Shown here: positions 37,478 to 51,799 of the stretch, one piece after another
Numbering within the stretch: position 1 is the first letter of the stretch
How the letters are laid out: the number at the start of each line of letters is the position of its first letter
From: Chiloscyllium plagiosum
Lineage: Eukaryota
NCBI RefSeq assembly: GCF_004010195.1
Contig: NC_057720.1
Location: 2,051,701 to 2,115,700 of the forward strand
DNA: 64,000 nt
Reading direction: 5' to 3'
Position numbers and translations under genes: made by a program
Notes under the pieces: generated by a model
Seen by the model: the letters and a program-made list of their open reading frames with translations, nothing else
The model's database searches: none
Told to the model about the DNA's origin: nothing

Positions 37478-39360
37478 GTGTAGAGTCGTAGAGATGTACA
37501 GCACTGAAACAGACCCTTTGATCCAAATCGTCCATGCCAACCAGATATGCCAACCCTCTGGTTCTGGACTCCCCACCACAGGGAAAAGATTTTGTCCATT
37601 TATCCTATCCATGCCCCTCATGAATTTATATACCTCTATAAGGTCACTCCTCATCTTCCGCACTCCAGGGAAAACTGCCCTAGCCTATTCAACCTCTCCC
37701 TATAGTTCAAATCCTCCAACCCTGGCAACATTCTTGAAAGAGTTCAGAAAAGATTTACAAGTTTCACAACGTTTTTCCAATAGGAAGGAGACCAGAATTG
37801 CACGCAATATTCCAACAATGGCCTAACCAATGTCCTGTACAGCTGCAACATGACCTCCCAACTCCTGTACTCAATACTCTGACCAATAAAGGAAAGCATA
37901 CCAAACGCCTTCTTCACTATCCTATCTCCTGCAACTCCATTTTCAAGGAGCTATAAACCTGCACTCCAAGGTCTCTTTGTTCAGCAACACTCTCCAAGAC
38001 CTTACCATTAAGTGTATAAGTCCTACTAAGATTTGCTTTCCCAAACTACAGCACCTCACATTTATGTGAATTAAATTCCATCTGCCACTTCTCAGCCCTT
38101 TGGCCTATCTGTTCAAGATCCTGTTGTATTCTGAGGTAACCTTCTTTGCTGTCCACTACACCTCCAATTTTGCTGTCATCAGCAAACTTACTTACTATAC
38201 CTCTTATGCTCACATCCAAATCATTTATATAATTGAAGAAAAGTAGTGAACCCAGCACAGATCTTTGTGGCACTCCACTAGTCACAGGCCTCCAGTCTGA
38301 AAAACAACCGTCCACCACCACCACCCTCTGTCTTCTACCTTTGAGCCAGTTCTGTATCCAAGTGGTGGGTTCTCACTGTATTCCATGAGAACTAACCTTG
38401 CTCACCAGTTTCCCATGGGGAACCTTGTTGAATGCCTTACTGAAGTCCATATAGATCACATCTACCGCTCTGCCCTCATCAATCCTCTTTGTTACTTCTT
38501 CAAAAAACTCAATTGAGTTTGTGAGACGTGATTTCCCACGCACAAAACCATGTTGACTATCTCTAATCAGTCCTTGCCTTTCCGAATATATGTACATCCT
38601 GTCCCTCAGGATTCCCTCCAACAACTTGACCACCACCGACGTCAGGCTCACTCGTCTGTAGTTCCCTGGCTTGGCCTTACCAGCCTTCTTAAACAGTGGC
38701 ACCACGTTAGCCAACCTCTAGTCTTGAGGCATCTCATCTTGGTGAAAGGCCCAGCAATGACTTCCGTACCTTCCCACAGAGTTCTAGGGTTCACCTGATC
38801 AGGTCCTTGGGATTTATCCACTTTTTTGCATTTCAAAACATCCAGCACTTCCTCCTCTGTAATTTGGACATTTTTCAAGATGTCACCGTCTATCTCCCTA
38901 CATTCAATATCTTCAATGTCCTTTTTCACAGTAAATACTGATGCAAAATACTTGTTTTATATCTGCCCTATCTCCTGCAGCTCCACACAAAGACTGCCTT
39001 GCTGATTTCTAACAGGCCCTATTCTCTCCCTTTTGTCCTTAATGTATTTGTAAAAACTCTTTGGATTCTCCTTAACTATTTGCCAAAGCTATTTCATGTC
39101 CCCTTTTTGCCCTCCTGATTTCTCTCTTAAATATACTCCTAGTGCCTTTATACTCTAAGGATTCACTCGATCTATCCTGTCTATACCTGACATATGTTTC
39201 CTTCTTTTTCTTAACCAAACCTTCAATTTCTTTAGTCATACAGCATTCCCTATAGCTACCAGCCTTTCCTTTCACCCTGACAGGAATATACATTCTCTGG
39301 ACTCTCGTTATCTCATTTTTGAAGGCTGTCCATTTTCCAGCTGTCCCTTTACTTGTGAAC
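37478..39360 (-). mobile_element. CR1 LINE ORF2 to 3' tail
   Basis: ORFs 39072-39293, 38648-38929, 38373-38714 (YMDFSKAFNKVPH), 38046-38324 (FADD). Confidence 0.9.
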
Positions 39361-39361
39361 T

Positions 39362-40470
39362 GATTAATATGAATATCCCAGAATATCTTTCAAGTCACAG
39401 TCCCGAGATAACTTAAGGTTTTCTCAGTATTAAAAAAGTGACATCTCAGCTCAGACAATATATTAAAGGTGTGAGGTTAGAGTCTGTTTGTATCCGAACC
39501 TTGAGTCAGACTGGTTTTGTTTCCAAAGTAGGAATTTACGTCACATTGAATGACTACCTACAGATTCATCGATTGCCAGTTCTGATATGCCACAGCGAGA
39601 AACCATAATGTCGTCCTCAGGAGACAGACACTGGATACGATCGCTAGAGTACCCTTCATCGTCTTGTACTTCCCGGGAATGGAGAAACCTACGCTATGTT
39701 CTTCACAGCCTGCAACACATTATGGATGAGGAATAGCACCTCGCCAAGATCTTCTTTTACCTCCTCTTTTCCCCTTTAACAAACCGCCAAACCTTAAACA
39801 GATGATTGTTCGCAGCAAACTGCCCAGCCTTCAGAGCAACATCGACCACAACACCATTCAACGCTGTCCTGGCAACAACTGCAAGATATGTCAGAGTGTC
39901 GACACTGATACCACCATTACATGTGGGGACACCACCCACCATGTACATGGCAGGTACGCATGTGACTTGGCCACCGTTGTCTCTGTCATAAGCTGCAGGC
40001 AAGGATGCCCCGAGGCATGGTACATTGGCGAGACCGACTATGACAACTTTCTCTCTCTGTCTCTCTCTCTGTCTCTTTCGAACCAGTCTCACTCAAGGTG
40101 GGGCTACAGACAGACTGTAACCTCACACCTTTAATGCATTGAGTGAGCTGAAGTGTCACTTTTTCTTATGCTGATAAAACCTTAAGTTATCTTGGGACTG
40201 TGACTTGAAAAGAAATTCTGGGATATTCATATTAGCCAATCGAAACCTGGAAACCCATTCTAAGTGCTTAAAGACTTAACAGCAATCTCGGTTTGTTCAA
40301 TACATCACATCAGTTGTATGACACTTTGTTCTTTTACTGTAAATTCTGTGTCCTAGGATGATGCCCCACTAGCTGCCTGACGAAGGAACAGCACTCTGAA
40401 AGCTTGTACTTTCACGTGAACCTGTTGGACTATAACCTTGGTGTTGTGTTGTGTGATTTTTAGCTTTGTG
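39362..40470 (+). mobile_element. Decayed PLE (family B-related): inverted 5' pLTR piece, GIY-YIG region, pLTR with degenerate hammerhead
   Basis: ORF 39802-40134 has C..C.IC...H...C...CRQGCPEAWYIGET. 39362-39515 is an inverted copy of ~40081-40240. CTGACGA-A-GGAAC-AGC-ACTCT-GAAAGCTT starts at 40377. Confidence 0.82.
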
Positions 40471-43332
40471 CTATTTCCAGCACATGATCCCACACTTTCT
40501 CTTTGGCTGGTGCACTATGTCAGACTTCGACCTTTTATCATTAATCTCTGGATCGAAAGTTTAACCCAATCAGTGAGGCAAAGGATTCTCTGTGTGCTGG
40601 CTTTAAGGTTAATTCCTTGTCTTCAGATGCCCTTAACTCGCGAATTCTCTTCTTAAACCTCTTTGCTCCTTTACCTGACCTTTAAGATGATCCTTTAAAT
40701 ACACATCTTTGACCAAACGTTTTATAATCTAACCTAGTGTCTGTTCATGTGGTTCAGTGTCGGACTTTGAGATAGTCGCCCCTGTAGTGCCTTGGAGCGT
40801 TTCACAATGTTGAAAGTGCTGTAAAATGGAAATAATTGTTAATTTGGACATACTGAGGTTTTACAAGCAATCATAAATTGAATTGAGTGTAATTAGATAC
40901 ACTCTGAATTGAGGGAAACACTCCTCAGTCCTGCCCTGAAGTGCCAGTTCAGATTATAAAGGCCAAATGTTTGGATTCAGATTATTTTGTGTTGCATTAG
41001 TTTTAAAGGTAGAAAGGTTAGTTGTTCCGGAGGGCCTTTCAAATCGTCAGGAAGCCCCAAAGTGCTTTAGTGCTTGTGAAGGATGTTTTGATTTGTTGCC
41101 CCTGTTGTAACATTGGGAATGAGACAGCCAATGTGTGCACACTACATAAATGTGACAAAGACTAATTAAGAAGATACATGGGGTACTTTATTTATTTGCT
41201 TTTAGGCATTTACTCTGTCTTTTATGGCTGATGTAAAGCATTAGCTACAATTTTACATTCAGCTGGTTAAGCCAGATAATTATGTCAGCAGTAGCGAAGT
41301 GTTTCAGAGTGATGCCTCCATTGTATTTGTGAATCAAGCCTTGAGCTGTTATATTGCCCCATGGTCCATCTAGATGGCCATGTATCTCACTATAGAAAAT
41401 ATTTTAATATATCTAGTTTGGTATCAATGATGCCCATTAACTAAACAAAAGGTCAAAGGTACTGTGAGGTCTTCTGTGTTGAGTCTTTCACAAGGCAAGG
41501 TGTTTGCCATGTCTTGTGAACTTCATGACTTTTTGAGCTTCTTCAGGGTCAAAGTTGTATTAAAGGATTCATACAGTCATCTACGGCACAGAAAGAGATG
41601 GTTCATTCCATGGGTCCATGCAGGTTCCCCACAGAGCTTGCCTGTCCCATTCCTTCACTGTTCCCCATTACCCTGCACTTCTTTCCCTTTGAGTGCCCAT
41701 TTCATTTCCATCGATTGTCACTGCTTCCATCAATCTCCTGGTCAGAGAGTTCCAGGTATTATCAGTCAGTGAGTAAAAATAAATTCTTCCTGACAAATCT
41801 CTTGCACCTCTTGTCCAAAAGCTTGTCTCTTTGTCCTTGTACAAACAGTTAATGCAAACAATTTTTTCTAGTCAAATTTATGCAAAGTTTCACACCCTTG
41901 GACACCTTAACCAAATCTCCCTTCAACTTCCTTAGCTTCAAAGCGAACAACTGATGCTATGTGCTTGGATAAAAGGGCCTGCACAGCTCTAGGTTGTGCT
42001 AAGGTCCTGGTGGATATGTAGGATTGGATCAGATGCCAGAGAGAGATTTCAATCCTCTTTCAAATATTGATCTGGGGTCTTGTGCATCCAGCAGCAGTGG
42101 AAGTAAAAGCTGAAATAAATCTGGGATAGATTCTGCATACAGTTGTCAAAGGTGTTGAAATTACAGTTTTGTGGTGTTTGTTCAATTTATCCCCAAGGTA
42201 ATATTGTGTGACATTCCTGTAGTTTTGTTTTAATTTAATTTTGATTTTAATTTGGAGTATTTTGGAGTACTTAGTGAATGGCAGGACACTAGAAGCAGTG
42301 GGATCTTGGTGTGCCTGTCCACAGATTCCTGAAGAGGGTTGGACAGGTTAACAAAATCGGTAAGATATACAAATTGGTTTTGAAGTATACCACTTCCTTG
42401 ACATTAAGCACATGTGGTACTGAATTTACATATGGCTAATCCCTGCAAATAAAATGAAGTGAATGATGGTGATGGTTTTTGGGAGGAAATTTTGCCTGAA
42501 CCATGTTTTCGGATGTACACGCAGAATGGAAGATAGAATTCTGGAATCTGCTGGTACAGGAGAAAGTAATTGTCCTGTTATTTACAACAGCTGTCCAATC
42601 AGTCCCAATTCTATTGCAAATTCTTCTCCTTGTCATATGGGAGCAGGAGTAGGCCATTAGGCTCCTTGAGTCTGCCTTGCCTTTCAATAAATATATTTCT
42701 GATTCCCTTTTGGGTGTAATTGTGTCAGTACCCTTTCTGAGGTGTTCAGCTATTGCCTACTAAAGTCTGAATGATGGGCCTTGAACCCACAATCTCTGCT
42801 TCTAGTTGAGCAGTATTAAAGATCATTTTCTACTCTGCCAAGAAGAGGGTTCACTCTGTAGGTATATCAATAGCAGCAGCACTTTGCATTTATTTGAGAT
42901 TCATATCAATGTTTATATTGGCCCTTTAACATTGAAAGAAATATAATTTCTCAAGGTACTTCACAGCTCAACTATCAAACCAAAATTTGAGACTGAACCA
43001 CATAAAGAACTACTGGGGAAGATGTCTATATGTTTGGTCGTACAGATTGGTTTAAGAGGGTCCTTAAAACCTTTCTGGAGTTGTTTTGTTTCAGGAGCGG
43101 ATTCCAGAGATTCTGGTCCATGCAGCTGAAGGCGTAGCCTGTGTGTTGACATTGGTTGCAGTGTTTCCTATACTATAACAGTTCCTATGCTGCAAAAATA
43201 CTTCATTGGCTGTCAAGCTCTCCAGGATATTCCAAGGCTATGAAAATCTCCATCTGAAATGCAAGCTTTTTCTTTCTTTTCCCATATTTATTCGCTGTGA
43301 TTGAAATTTATTTTTGTGTTTTCTATCTGAAG

Positions 43333-43438
43333 TGTGCTCTGAGGGCCAGTGTCCGAGTTGGTTTGCGATTTCAGTCAAGCAGCCAGCCCTCTGCAGCTGT
43401 ACTGAAGGCAAGCCAAACAGCATCTGGATTCAGTTTTG
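43333..43438 (+). CDS. ACADM: ACADM exon 2 (mitochondrial presequence region; CALRASVRVGLRFQSSSQPSAAVLKASQTASGFSF + first base of next codon)
   Basis: Pyrimidine tract then ...tctgaag|TGTGCT; ends TTTG|gtaagc (phase 1, joins exon 3 as GAC). Arg/Ser-rich with no acidic residues; ends in GFSF like vertebrate MCAD exon 2. Confidence 0.85.
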
Positions 43439-44479
43439 GTAAGCTGGCTTCCAAACAATTTGACAACCAACTGACTTTGTTTGCATTTTATATTTAGTCA
43501 TTCCACTGAGTTATAGTAGGAGCTGTGTAAGGACCGTGACTTTCTGTATTCTGTTTTTAAAACCTGTGAAAGGTTGGTTGCAGTTTTGAAAACGAGGAAC
43601 CTGTCACTGATGGCAGGTATTAGAAACAACTGTTTGAATAATAGTAATTGAAGTTTGAGTTGTAGATGCTTTGGTTCTGAGGGGGTATACAGATGCAGCT
43701 TTTGCTAGCAACAATAAACTGAATGGTCTATGGACTAGTGACTAGCTATCAATGACCGAGATCTTTTTGCCTAACAATAACTGTGTGATTAGTTCTAAGG
43801 TAAGTGAACAGCTTGGAGCTGGGAGCAAGTTAGAGAGAGAAAAGTACACTTCTTTCCCAGCTCAGAAGCAGAGTTTTGAGCCTTTCAAAAAGTTGGTAAT
43901 CTGCTGAGTACTCCCAAACACATACAACTGGTTCAGGTGGCAAAACCGATCAAACATCTGTCACTGTTTGAATAAAGCCATCTTGCAGATACAACACAGA
44001 GAATACCAGTAACATTTTTAAAAAATCATCTTCCAGTCGTTGGTTTAAAGCATTAGTTTAAAAGATATCCCATTTTTAAGTTCACAGTCCAAAAAAGTAA
44101 CATTGTTCTTTTCACTTTGGATACTTGATGGTCAACTGGAACTTTCACGTCTGAGATTGCTTGTTTTTTATGGGTAAGGGTATCACGAGATTAAAGCATT
44201 AATTGAGTGTAGACAGGAAATGTGGTACAGATTAGACATTAACTAACTGAAGGATGAAGCAGGCTTGAGCTGAATGGCTTACTTTTGTTCCTAAGTATTT
44301 GCTAAATCACTTTGCAAGTTCTAACAATACAATCAGTCATTTAGTTTGAAATACAGGCCTGCAAGAATCCATCCATACATTGTAGAGTAACTGTTGTACA
44401 TTTGAAAATCAATTTTTCCATCTTAAAAAAAGTTGTATTTGTTCAGAAACCCCTCCATTTTGAAATATTCCATTGGCCT

Positions 44480-45000
44480 GTGCCCTCTCAGCTATTTCAG
44501 GTGGAGAGAGAGCCAGATTTACACCTGTCTGCATCAATACTTCAAACAAGAATGATGTCAGCCAGCCTTTGTGGTTTCTGCCCCCTCAGATAACTCAGCC
44601 AGTCTTTCCCAAGTCAGCTCTTTGGGTAGAGAGGACTCTTGTGGTCTCCATTCAATCCAAAGAACTTTTTCTATAGTACCATCAAGCAAGATTCACATGA
44701 TAGTATACATTTTACTGGACCTCCGTGTCTCTGTAAGACTTTGCAAAGGGCTTCACAGTTTATGGTATCAGAGGCTTTTGACCAGTTAGTTACAGCCGCA
44801 TGGAGTTCTTTGTGTTGTTCCAGGCTCTCTTCTTGGATTGTCCAGTGACAAAGCAAATACGCGGTTCCCCTCGAATACCAGAAACCATATTGAGTATCCT
44901 GAATGATGTATTCACTGAGTAGGAGGATTTGTGTGAGATACTTCCTCACACTGGGCTAAAAGGATATAGCCCTATTGTTCCCAGAGATTTTTATACTGTT
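44480..45000 (-). mobile_element. Ancient RTE-clade RT fragment
   Basis: ORF 44671-44949 IQEESLEQHKELHAAVTNWSKASDTINCEALCKVLQRHGGPVKC resembles the RTE motif QEKCREQ...DLTKAFDTV.REGLW..L...GCP.KF. Confidence 0.65.
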
Positions 45001-47028
45001 CATGATGGTGAATAGTCAGTGATGGCATTGCAAAAATTGTTTGTGAATCTCAAAAGATTTTTATGAAAAAAAGTCTACAAATTTGAGTAAGAGTTGACAA
45101 CCTACCAGATTTACAGGTCTCTACTGGAGTGTTGTCCACACTTTTTGTTATTCTTCATCTAGTTTAAAGTCTCCTGTTTCTCAGCAAATATTGGGCTTTT
45201 CAGCCGTTGTGGGATTTTGTTTGATACTTTTGTCTCCGCATTATGATGGTTCTGGTAATGCTCTCTCTGACAGTCTCCAATTACAGCATCGTCTTTGAGA
45301 AGAGTATTGCTGTCTTTACCTTGGAGTCAGGAGGGACTGTTTTGCTTTTGGTCCATCGATGGTCTGGAAGAAGTTGTGCAGTGTTAAATTTCATTAGCCT
45401 TCCTACCCATTGCATGTATTTGATGTGACACTTATCGTTTGCTGAGTTTTGGATTGGACTACGGTTGAGACCATCATTATTTTTCTTTTATTTTCTTATA
45501 TTTCCCATTTGGAAGTGAAAGTTGAGGTTAAGAATTGAACTTTGAATAGTTGCTTGTATTAAAGGAGAAGAGAACCTAAGCAGATGTTATCTGTTGGGAG
45601 CGAGCCCAAAAGATAATGCGAGTTAATTGCAGTTCAAAGGAACACCGTTAACGAATCAGAACCAAGCTGTTGCTATGCTGCAGGCTGACAGCTGGCTGGA
45701 TGTTGATTTGGTCAGTCAAGGTTGACCGATATTAACCAGCCAATCACAGAATGATCAGAAAGAGAATGAAAACCAGTTGTGATTGGGTTTGAGCGGGAGT
45801 CAGAGTGATTTTGGGAAGCTTCTGGACTGGTGGCTTTATTTTGCTCTGTGTAGTTTTCTGTCGACTTGTCAAATTATTGAGTGATGTGTGAAAAGAATCC
45901 TGTCTGTAAGAAATAAATAAATATTTCTGAAAGTCTGCTGAAGCGTTTATGTTGGAGACTTTCAAATTTGAGTAAGATTGACGTGCCTGTGAACAACTCA
46001 ATGTCCAAGGATTTCATTGAATGTCTGATCATCTGAAGCTGTTTAATTGAACTTGCAAAATTCAATTGTTTTCTTTTTAATTTACCCCTTAACTGTTGTT
46101 CAATCTGTTTGAGAGAGATTGGGGATTATGATCATAAAGATTGGGTTTAGATTCTAGATATTAATTAGATTACTACTTTTTAATCATTGTTCTAAAGTGT
46201 CATTGATAATAAAGTGTTAATTTTTGTTTGAGTTATGGACTTAGAATCTAAATCTATTATTTGTAAAATCTGGTTAGGAGCAATTGAATGTTTTAGTGTT
46301 GTGTCTCCAGTGATAGTGAGGATGATTTGTTTTGGCTTGTTATTTTTGTGTCATAACAACATTGAGTCAAATTCTTGTTTTTGCTGTGATATGGACAATT
46401 TTGACATGAAATGCAGGCTTCACGTGTTTTGAGAATTTAGCATTTTTCTCTATCAATTTCAACAAACCATTCTGATGCCTGTAAGATGTAATCCCAGTGA
46501 TCTGGCTACATGTTTCTTGGATTGCAAATTTAACCTTGTTACAGAGCCTTTCTAGATTGACATCACTGCAGCCTGTGAAAGCAAGGTGGGATGAAAGTTG
46601 CTTTTGCAGGTTTTAAGAGTGCTGAGGTTGTGACAACCCAATATAAATGTAGGTTCTTGTTTAAATATCCAGAATGTCTACAGTCTTTTAATGGATCCTC
46701 CGTTATGTTTTTGTGAATATACGTGCTTCATTGTTGAAATAAAAATCTGCAAAATTGCCTGCTTATATTTGAGAAACCACTTTGTTAAAAACAAAACAAA
46801 TATGATTGGCCAAGCTATATTTCAGGCTGGGGTTGCACTTGTCTAATAATAACATCAACTGGAGCATAACACAGTAAACTCTGAACGTAACCTTCTGTGA
46901 AACAACATGGGGTTTTTATTATGTTAATGACACTATTAAATACAAGTTGAGGATGAAAGAAACTTAAATTTTCTTAAGTACTAAAGGGAAAATGACACGT
47001 CACTATCTTTCTTTCTCGAATGTTACAG

Positions 47029-47126
47029 ACTTCTCAGACGAACAGAAAGAGTTCCAGGCAACAGCACGAAAATTTGCTCGGGAGGAAATTGTTCCGGCAG
47101 CTGCTGATTATGACAAGAGTGGAGAG
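47029..47126 (+). CDS. ACADM: ACADM exon 3 ([33 protein letters not shown])
   Basis: ttacag|AC...GAG|gtcagt; 98 bp; peptide matches the MCAD N-terminal helix (human [33 protein letters not shown], from memory). Confidence 0.96.
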
Positions 47127-48672
47127 GTCAGTGAACTATGTGACTACAGTCCATCATCCACGTCATTCACTCTCCGAGGATGATGACTCCACACCCTCAC
47201 CTCCACGCCATTCCTCCAGCACTCCATTCTAACACACTGCTTGCTCTCCTCTCAAACGCTATATGAGTATTCCCCCTCCCCCATACCCATCCCACTTTCT
47301 GTCCCGTTCCCTTATTCTCTTATTGTTAACACAATGGATAGAAAAAGAGATGACTATTTGGCAAGTTACCTGATGTTCAAAATAAATGTATAGAATTGAA
47401 AGTGCAGTAATAGATGAATCAATACAGCTTGTACAAGATGGAGTTTGTGCTCCACACGGACCTTCTCTGTCCCTCTCCATCTCAACTTATCAATTTCCTG
47501 AATTAAAACATTTACGCTATTCACCTGAGCCACTCCCTGCGGAATCTGGTTCCTCACTCTCACCACCCTCTGTGTGAAGATGTTTCTCCTTAATTCTCAA
47601 TACCCTAACATATCCAGTCTAGTATTGAGACGCCTAATTCAGGCTTCCTCCATGAATGGAAATATTTTCTCTAAACCTACTCAATCAAATCCTTTCATCG
47701 TTTTAAAGCTCTCTATCGGGAAAACCACAGTCTACGTTGTAGATAAAAGAGCTTCACCTTTTGGAAAGGAGATTAATCAACCCAGTGTGATTTTGCTGAG
47801 AGAGATCATTACTGTTTAATGTGAAAATTTGGTCTAATATTTGGAATGGAGGCAATCCTGCTGAAAGTTGTAAATTATCATATTGAAGGCTAACAGTGGA
47901 AGTTAATGGCTTATGTTAATGGTAGAACATTTCCACTGCAAGGTGCTAGAAAGCATTGGTAATTGAAAGCTCACTGGGTTGATACCAGGGATGGCAGGAC
48001 TGTCCTGCGAGGAGAGATTGGTTTGACTGGGTCTGTTTTCACTTGAGTTCAGAAGGATGAGAGTTATCTGATTGTGACATATGAAATTCTGACAGGGTTG
48101 GCAAAGACTAGAGGCAGTGAGGTTTTTCCCCTGGTTGTGGAATCTACCAGCAGGGACAGTCTCAAGGTACAGATATATAGACCATTTAGAACAGTGATGA
48201 GTAAACACTTCTTTATTTATAGGGTAGTGAATATGTGAAATTCTCTACCACACGGAAGCTGGATCACTGAATATGTTCAAATAAGAGAGAGTTCAGTTTT
48301 TAGTAGGCATTTGGATGGGTATATGAATAGGAAGGGTTTGGAGGGAAAAGGGCCAGGTTCTGGCAGGTGGCACTAGATTGGGTTGGGATATCTGGTTGGT
48401 GTGGACAGGTCGGACCGAAGGGTCTGTTTCCATGCTGTACATCTCTATGACTCAAGTAATTAAAATATCAAGGGGTATGTGGAGAAAGTGAGAATATGCC
48501 ATTGTGATAGTGGATCAGGCACGATCATATTGACTGGTTCAGCAAGCTTGCAGAGCCCAACATATAGTTTATTTAGGTAAAGGAGAAATGAATTGTTGCA
48601 ATCTTGATAGTGGTGGTGGGGAGTTTGCAGTGAGGCATCTGTGTCTTCATGATATCTTTCTTTTCTTTTCAG

Positions 48673-48742
48673 TATCCTGTTCCCCTTATTAAGAGAGCAT
48701 GGGAACTGGGCCTGATGAACACCCACATTCCTGTGAGTTGCG
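48673..48742 (+). CDS. ACADM: ACADM exon 4 ([23 protein letters not shown])
   Basis: ttttcttttcag|TAT...TGCG|gtaagc; 70 bp; frame continuous with exons 3 and 5. Confidence 0.96.
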
Positions 48743-48945
48743 GTAAGCAGAGAACAGATAAGTATTTGAAGTGGAAACTGAAGGGAATGCACATCAGTAG
48801 CTTCACTTTGCTAAGCTGTTTTATAAACTGGGAGATGAGTGAAACAAAGGGGGCGGAGAGAAATGAACAGCCATAGTCAAGAGACCCAGAGGTGGTGCAG
48901 CATCAGCATAGCAATGACAATACCAGAACTGTAAAGTAATAAGGA

Positions 48946-49076
48946 GAAAGTGAGGACTGCAGATACTGGAGGTCAGAGTTGAGAGTGTGATGCTGGAAAA
49001 ACACAGCAGGTCAGGCAGCATCCGAGGAGTAGGAGAATCGACGTTTCGGGCATAAGTGCTTCATCAGGAATGAAGG
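48946..49076 (-). mobile_element. PLE mini-insertion (family A) in ACADM intron 4; hammerhead core intact, stem II broken
   Basis: TSD aataagga at 48938-48945 and 49077-49084. Minus strand: CUGAUGA-A-GCAC-UUAU-GCCC-GAAACGUC. Confidence 0.85.
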
Positions 49077-49499
49077 AATAAGGAAATATGGTTAGGCTGG
49101 AGCTCATTTCCCTTGAAAAGAGAATGTTGTGGGATGATCTGATCAAAGCTTTTAAAATTATGAATGAATTTGATACAGTAGGTGCAGCAAGTTTCCATTT
49201 GTCTGAAGGACCAAATATAGGAGTTATAATTATAACTATAAGATACTGTATACTCAGAATCCAGTAGGGAAATCACTGTTTCACCAAAGAATGGTCTGAA
49301 TTGTGGAACTTAAAAGCCCTGAGGTTTGAGAGAGAAATAATATTGATGTATTTAAGGACAAACTAATCACACTTTGGAGAAAGGAATTGAGGATATGTCG
49401 GAGGAGGCTCACGTGAGCCAGAAAAACCACCTGGATTGGTTGATCTGAATGGATTGTTTGGGTTGATCTGAATGGACTGTCAGGGTTAGGTTCTGAGGA

Positions 49500-50300
49500 C
49501 AAAGAACAAAGAAAATTTACAGCCCAGGAACAGGCCCTTCGGCCGTCCAAGCCTGAGCCGATCCAAATTTACTGTCTAAACCTGTCGGCCAATTCCTAAG
49601 CATCTGTATCCCTCTGCTCCCCACCTACTCATGTATCTGTCCAGACGCATCTTAAATGAATCTACCGTGCCTGCCTCTACCACCTCTGCTGGCAACGCGT
49701 TCCAAACGCCCACCACCCTCTGTGTGAAGTACTTGCTGCGTGTATCCCCCTTAAACTTTCCACCTCACATTTTGAAAGCATGACACCTCATTATTGAATC
49801 CTTCACCCTGGAAAAAAGCTTGTCTGTATCCACCCTGTCTATACCCTTCATGATTTTGTAAACCTCAATCAGGTCCCCCCTCAATCTCCTTTTTTCTAGT
49901 GAAAATAAACCTTACCTACTCAACCTCTCTTAATAGCTAGCACCTTCCATGCCAGGCAACATCCTCGTAAACCTTCTCTGCACTCTCTTCAAAGCGTCCA
50001 CATCCTTTTGGTAATGTGATGACCAGAACTTTACACCGTATTCTAAATGCCGTCGAACCAATGTCTTATATAATTTTAACATAACTTGCCAGCTCTTATA
50101 CTCAATACCCCGTCCAATGAAGGCAAGCATACAATATGCCTTCTTGACCACTCTATCCACCTGTGCAGCAACCTTCAGGGTACAATGGACCTGCACTCCC
50201 AGATCTCTCTGCCCATCAACTTTTCCCAAGGCTCTTCCATTCATTGTATAATTTGCTCTAGAATTAGATTTCCCAAAATGCATCGCCTCACATTTGTTGC
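49500..50300 (-). mobile_element. CR1 3' part (related to 2756-4260)
   Basis: C-terminal part of ORF 49930-50538; (ttctttg)n tail near 49500. Confidence 0.88.
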
Positions 50301-51698
50301 ACTCACTAGGTTGGTATCCTCTTAAGTGTACAAGATCAAGGGGTAATGTGATTGAGGATTTTGATGAAGGAACGATTTGATTTAATTTAATTCCAGAGTG
50401 AGTGGTGTTCAAGTCTTCAAAATTAAAACTAGGCTTTTCAGGTACGATGTCAGGAAATACCATTTCACGCAAAGGGAAGTGAACATCTGGAACTGTCCCC
50501 CACACGACAAAATTCAAGGCTGGGTATTGATTGTACATGTTTCAAACTGAGATTAATAGATTATTGTTAGGTAAGAATACTAAATGTTACAGGGCTAGTG
50601 TGAGTCGGTGTAGATAAGGTGCAAATCAGTTCCAATCTATTTGAATGTTGGCACAGGCTTGATGGACCGAATTGCTGCCTCCTGTACCTACATTTCAATA
50701 CGCCTATAACTGAAGCCCAGTGTCAGTCAGCGGATTCAGGGAGAGTAACTATTCCAGTGCCTATATTCTATAGATAAGGCAGCGAGTAGGAATCTTGATA
50801 AAATATTTGGAGTGCTATGTCACTTGGATGAATGCAGAATCATGCTCAAAATTTAAATACAGAAATGTAGCGAAACCAGAAATGACAAATAGAAAAATGT
50901 TGAAAAAAGTATACCTGGGATACTGGAAGGAAGTTGCTGCAGATGTGAAACACAGTTTGGAAGAGTTAGGAACCAGCGTTATGAACCGCATTTGTAGAGT
51001 TAACTTAATAAATCAATGAACTTCAGCTGGCTGCTAATTGCTTTTGCCTTTTCTTGTATTACAGAACAATAGAATGGTTTGGTGCAGGAGGTAGTCTTTG
51101 GGTCCTTTGTGCTTGTGCTCACACTTCACAAGAGCTTCCAACTCATATCACCTGCAGCCCTGCAATTTTTTCTATTTCAAGTATTTATCGAATTCCCTTT
51201 TTAGCAGAATGGTTCCATGGTTGAAGGATTGTAGCAGCTAGCTTAACTTGGAGAAGATGGCATTGCTCTCTATGGAACAAAAGAGATTGAGGGGTGATTT
51301 AATAGAGGTGTGCAAGATTGTGACAGGTTTAGATAAGGCATTTAAACTTAATAACTTTGCAAGGGTTAAAGGACCCAAATTTAAGTTTTTGAGCAATAGA
51401 GATGCACAAAGGAAAGGATGTTTTTGGTATTAACCTTATCGTGATGGTGGAAATGACAACACATAGTTTCAAAAAGAAATTGTTTGAACACCTGAGGGAA
51501 ATAAAGTTGAAGGGCTCTGGGTATAGAGTGGGAGGAGAGAGCTGACTGGATTGGTCTAAGAGGGCTGACATGGATTTGATGGGCCAAATTACCTTCTCCT
51601 GCATTGTATTGGTACTAAATCTAAAAGTTACCAGTCCCACTTTTATTTCAGATTGCCTCAATAATTTCTGCTTTCTCTACTTTTTGCTTAAACATTAG

Positions 51699-51799
51699 GT
51701 GGAATGGGACTAGGCATCTTTGATTCTTGTCTCATCACGGAAGAACTGGCATATGGTTGTACTGGCATTCAGACTGCAATTGAGGCCAACTCATTGGGG
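51699..51799 (+). CDS. ACADM: ACADM exon 5 ([34 protein letters not shown])
   Basis: cattag|GT...GGG|gtaggt; 101 bp; too short for the ORF track, translated by hand. Confidence 0.96.

Noticed and set aside
45420..46871. Possible solo LTR(s) in ACADM intron 2 (segments ending in CATAACA at 46358 and 46871); similar look at ~43525-44175
   Set aside because: I could not pair a 5' TG terminus with a matching TSD, so it is left uncalled.
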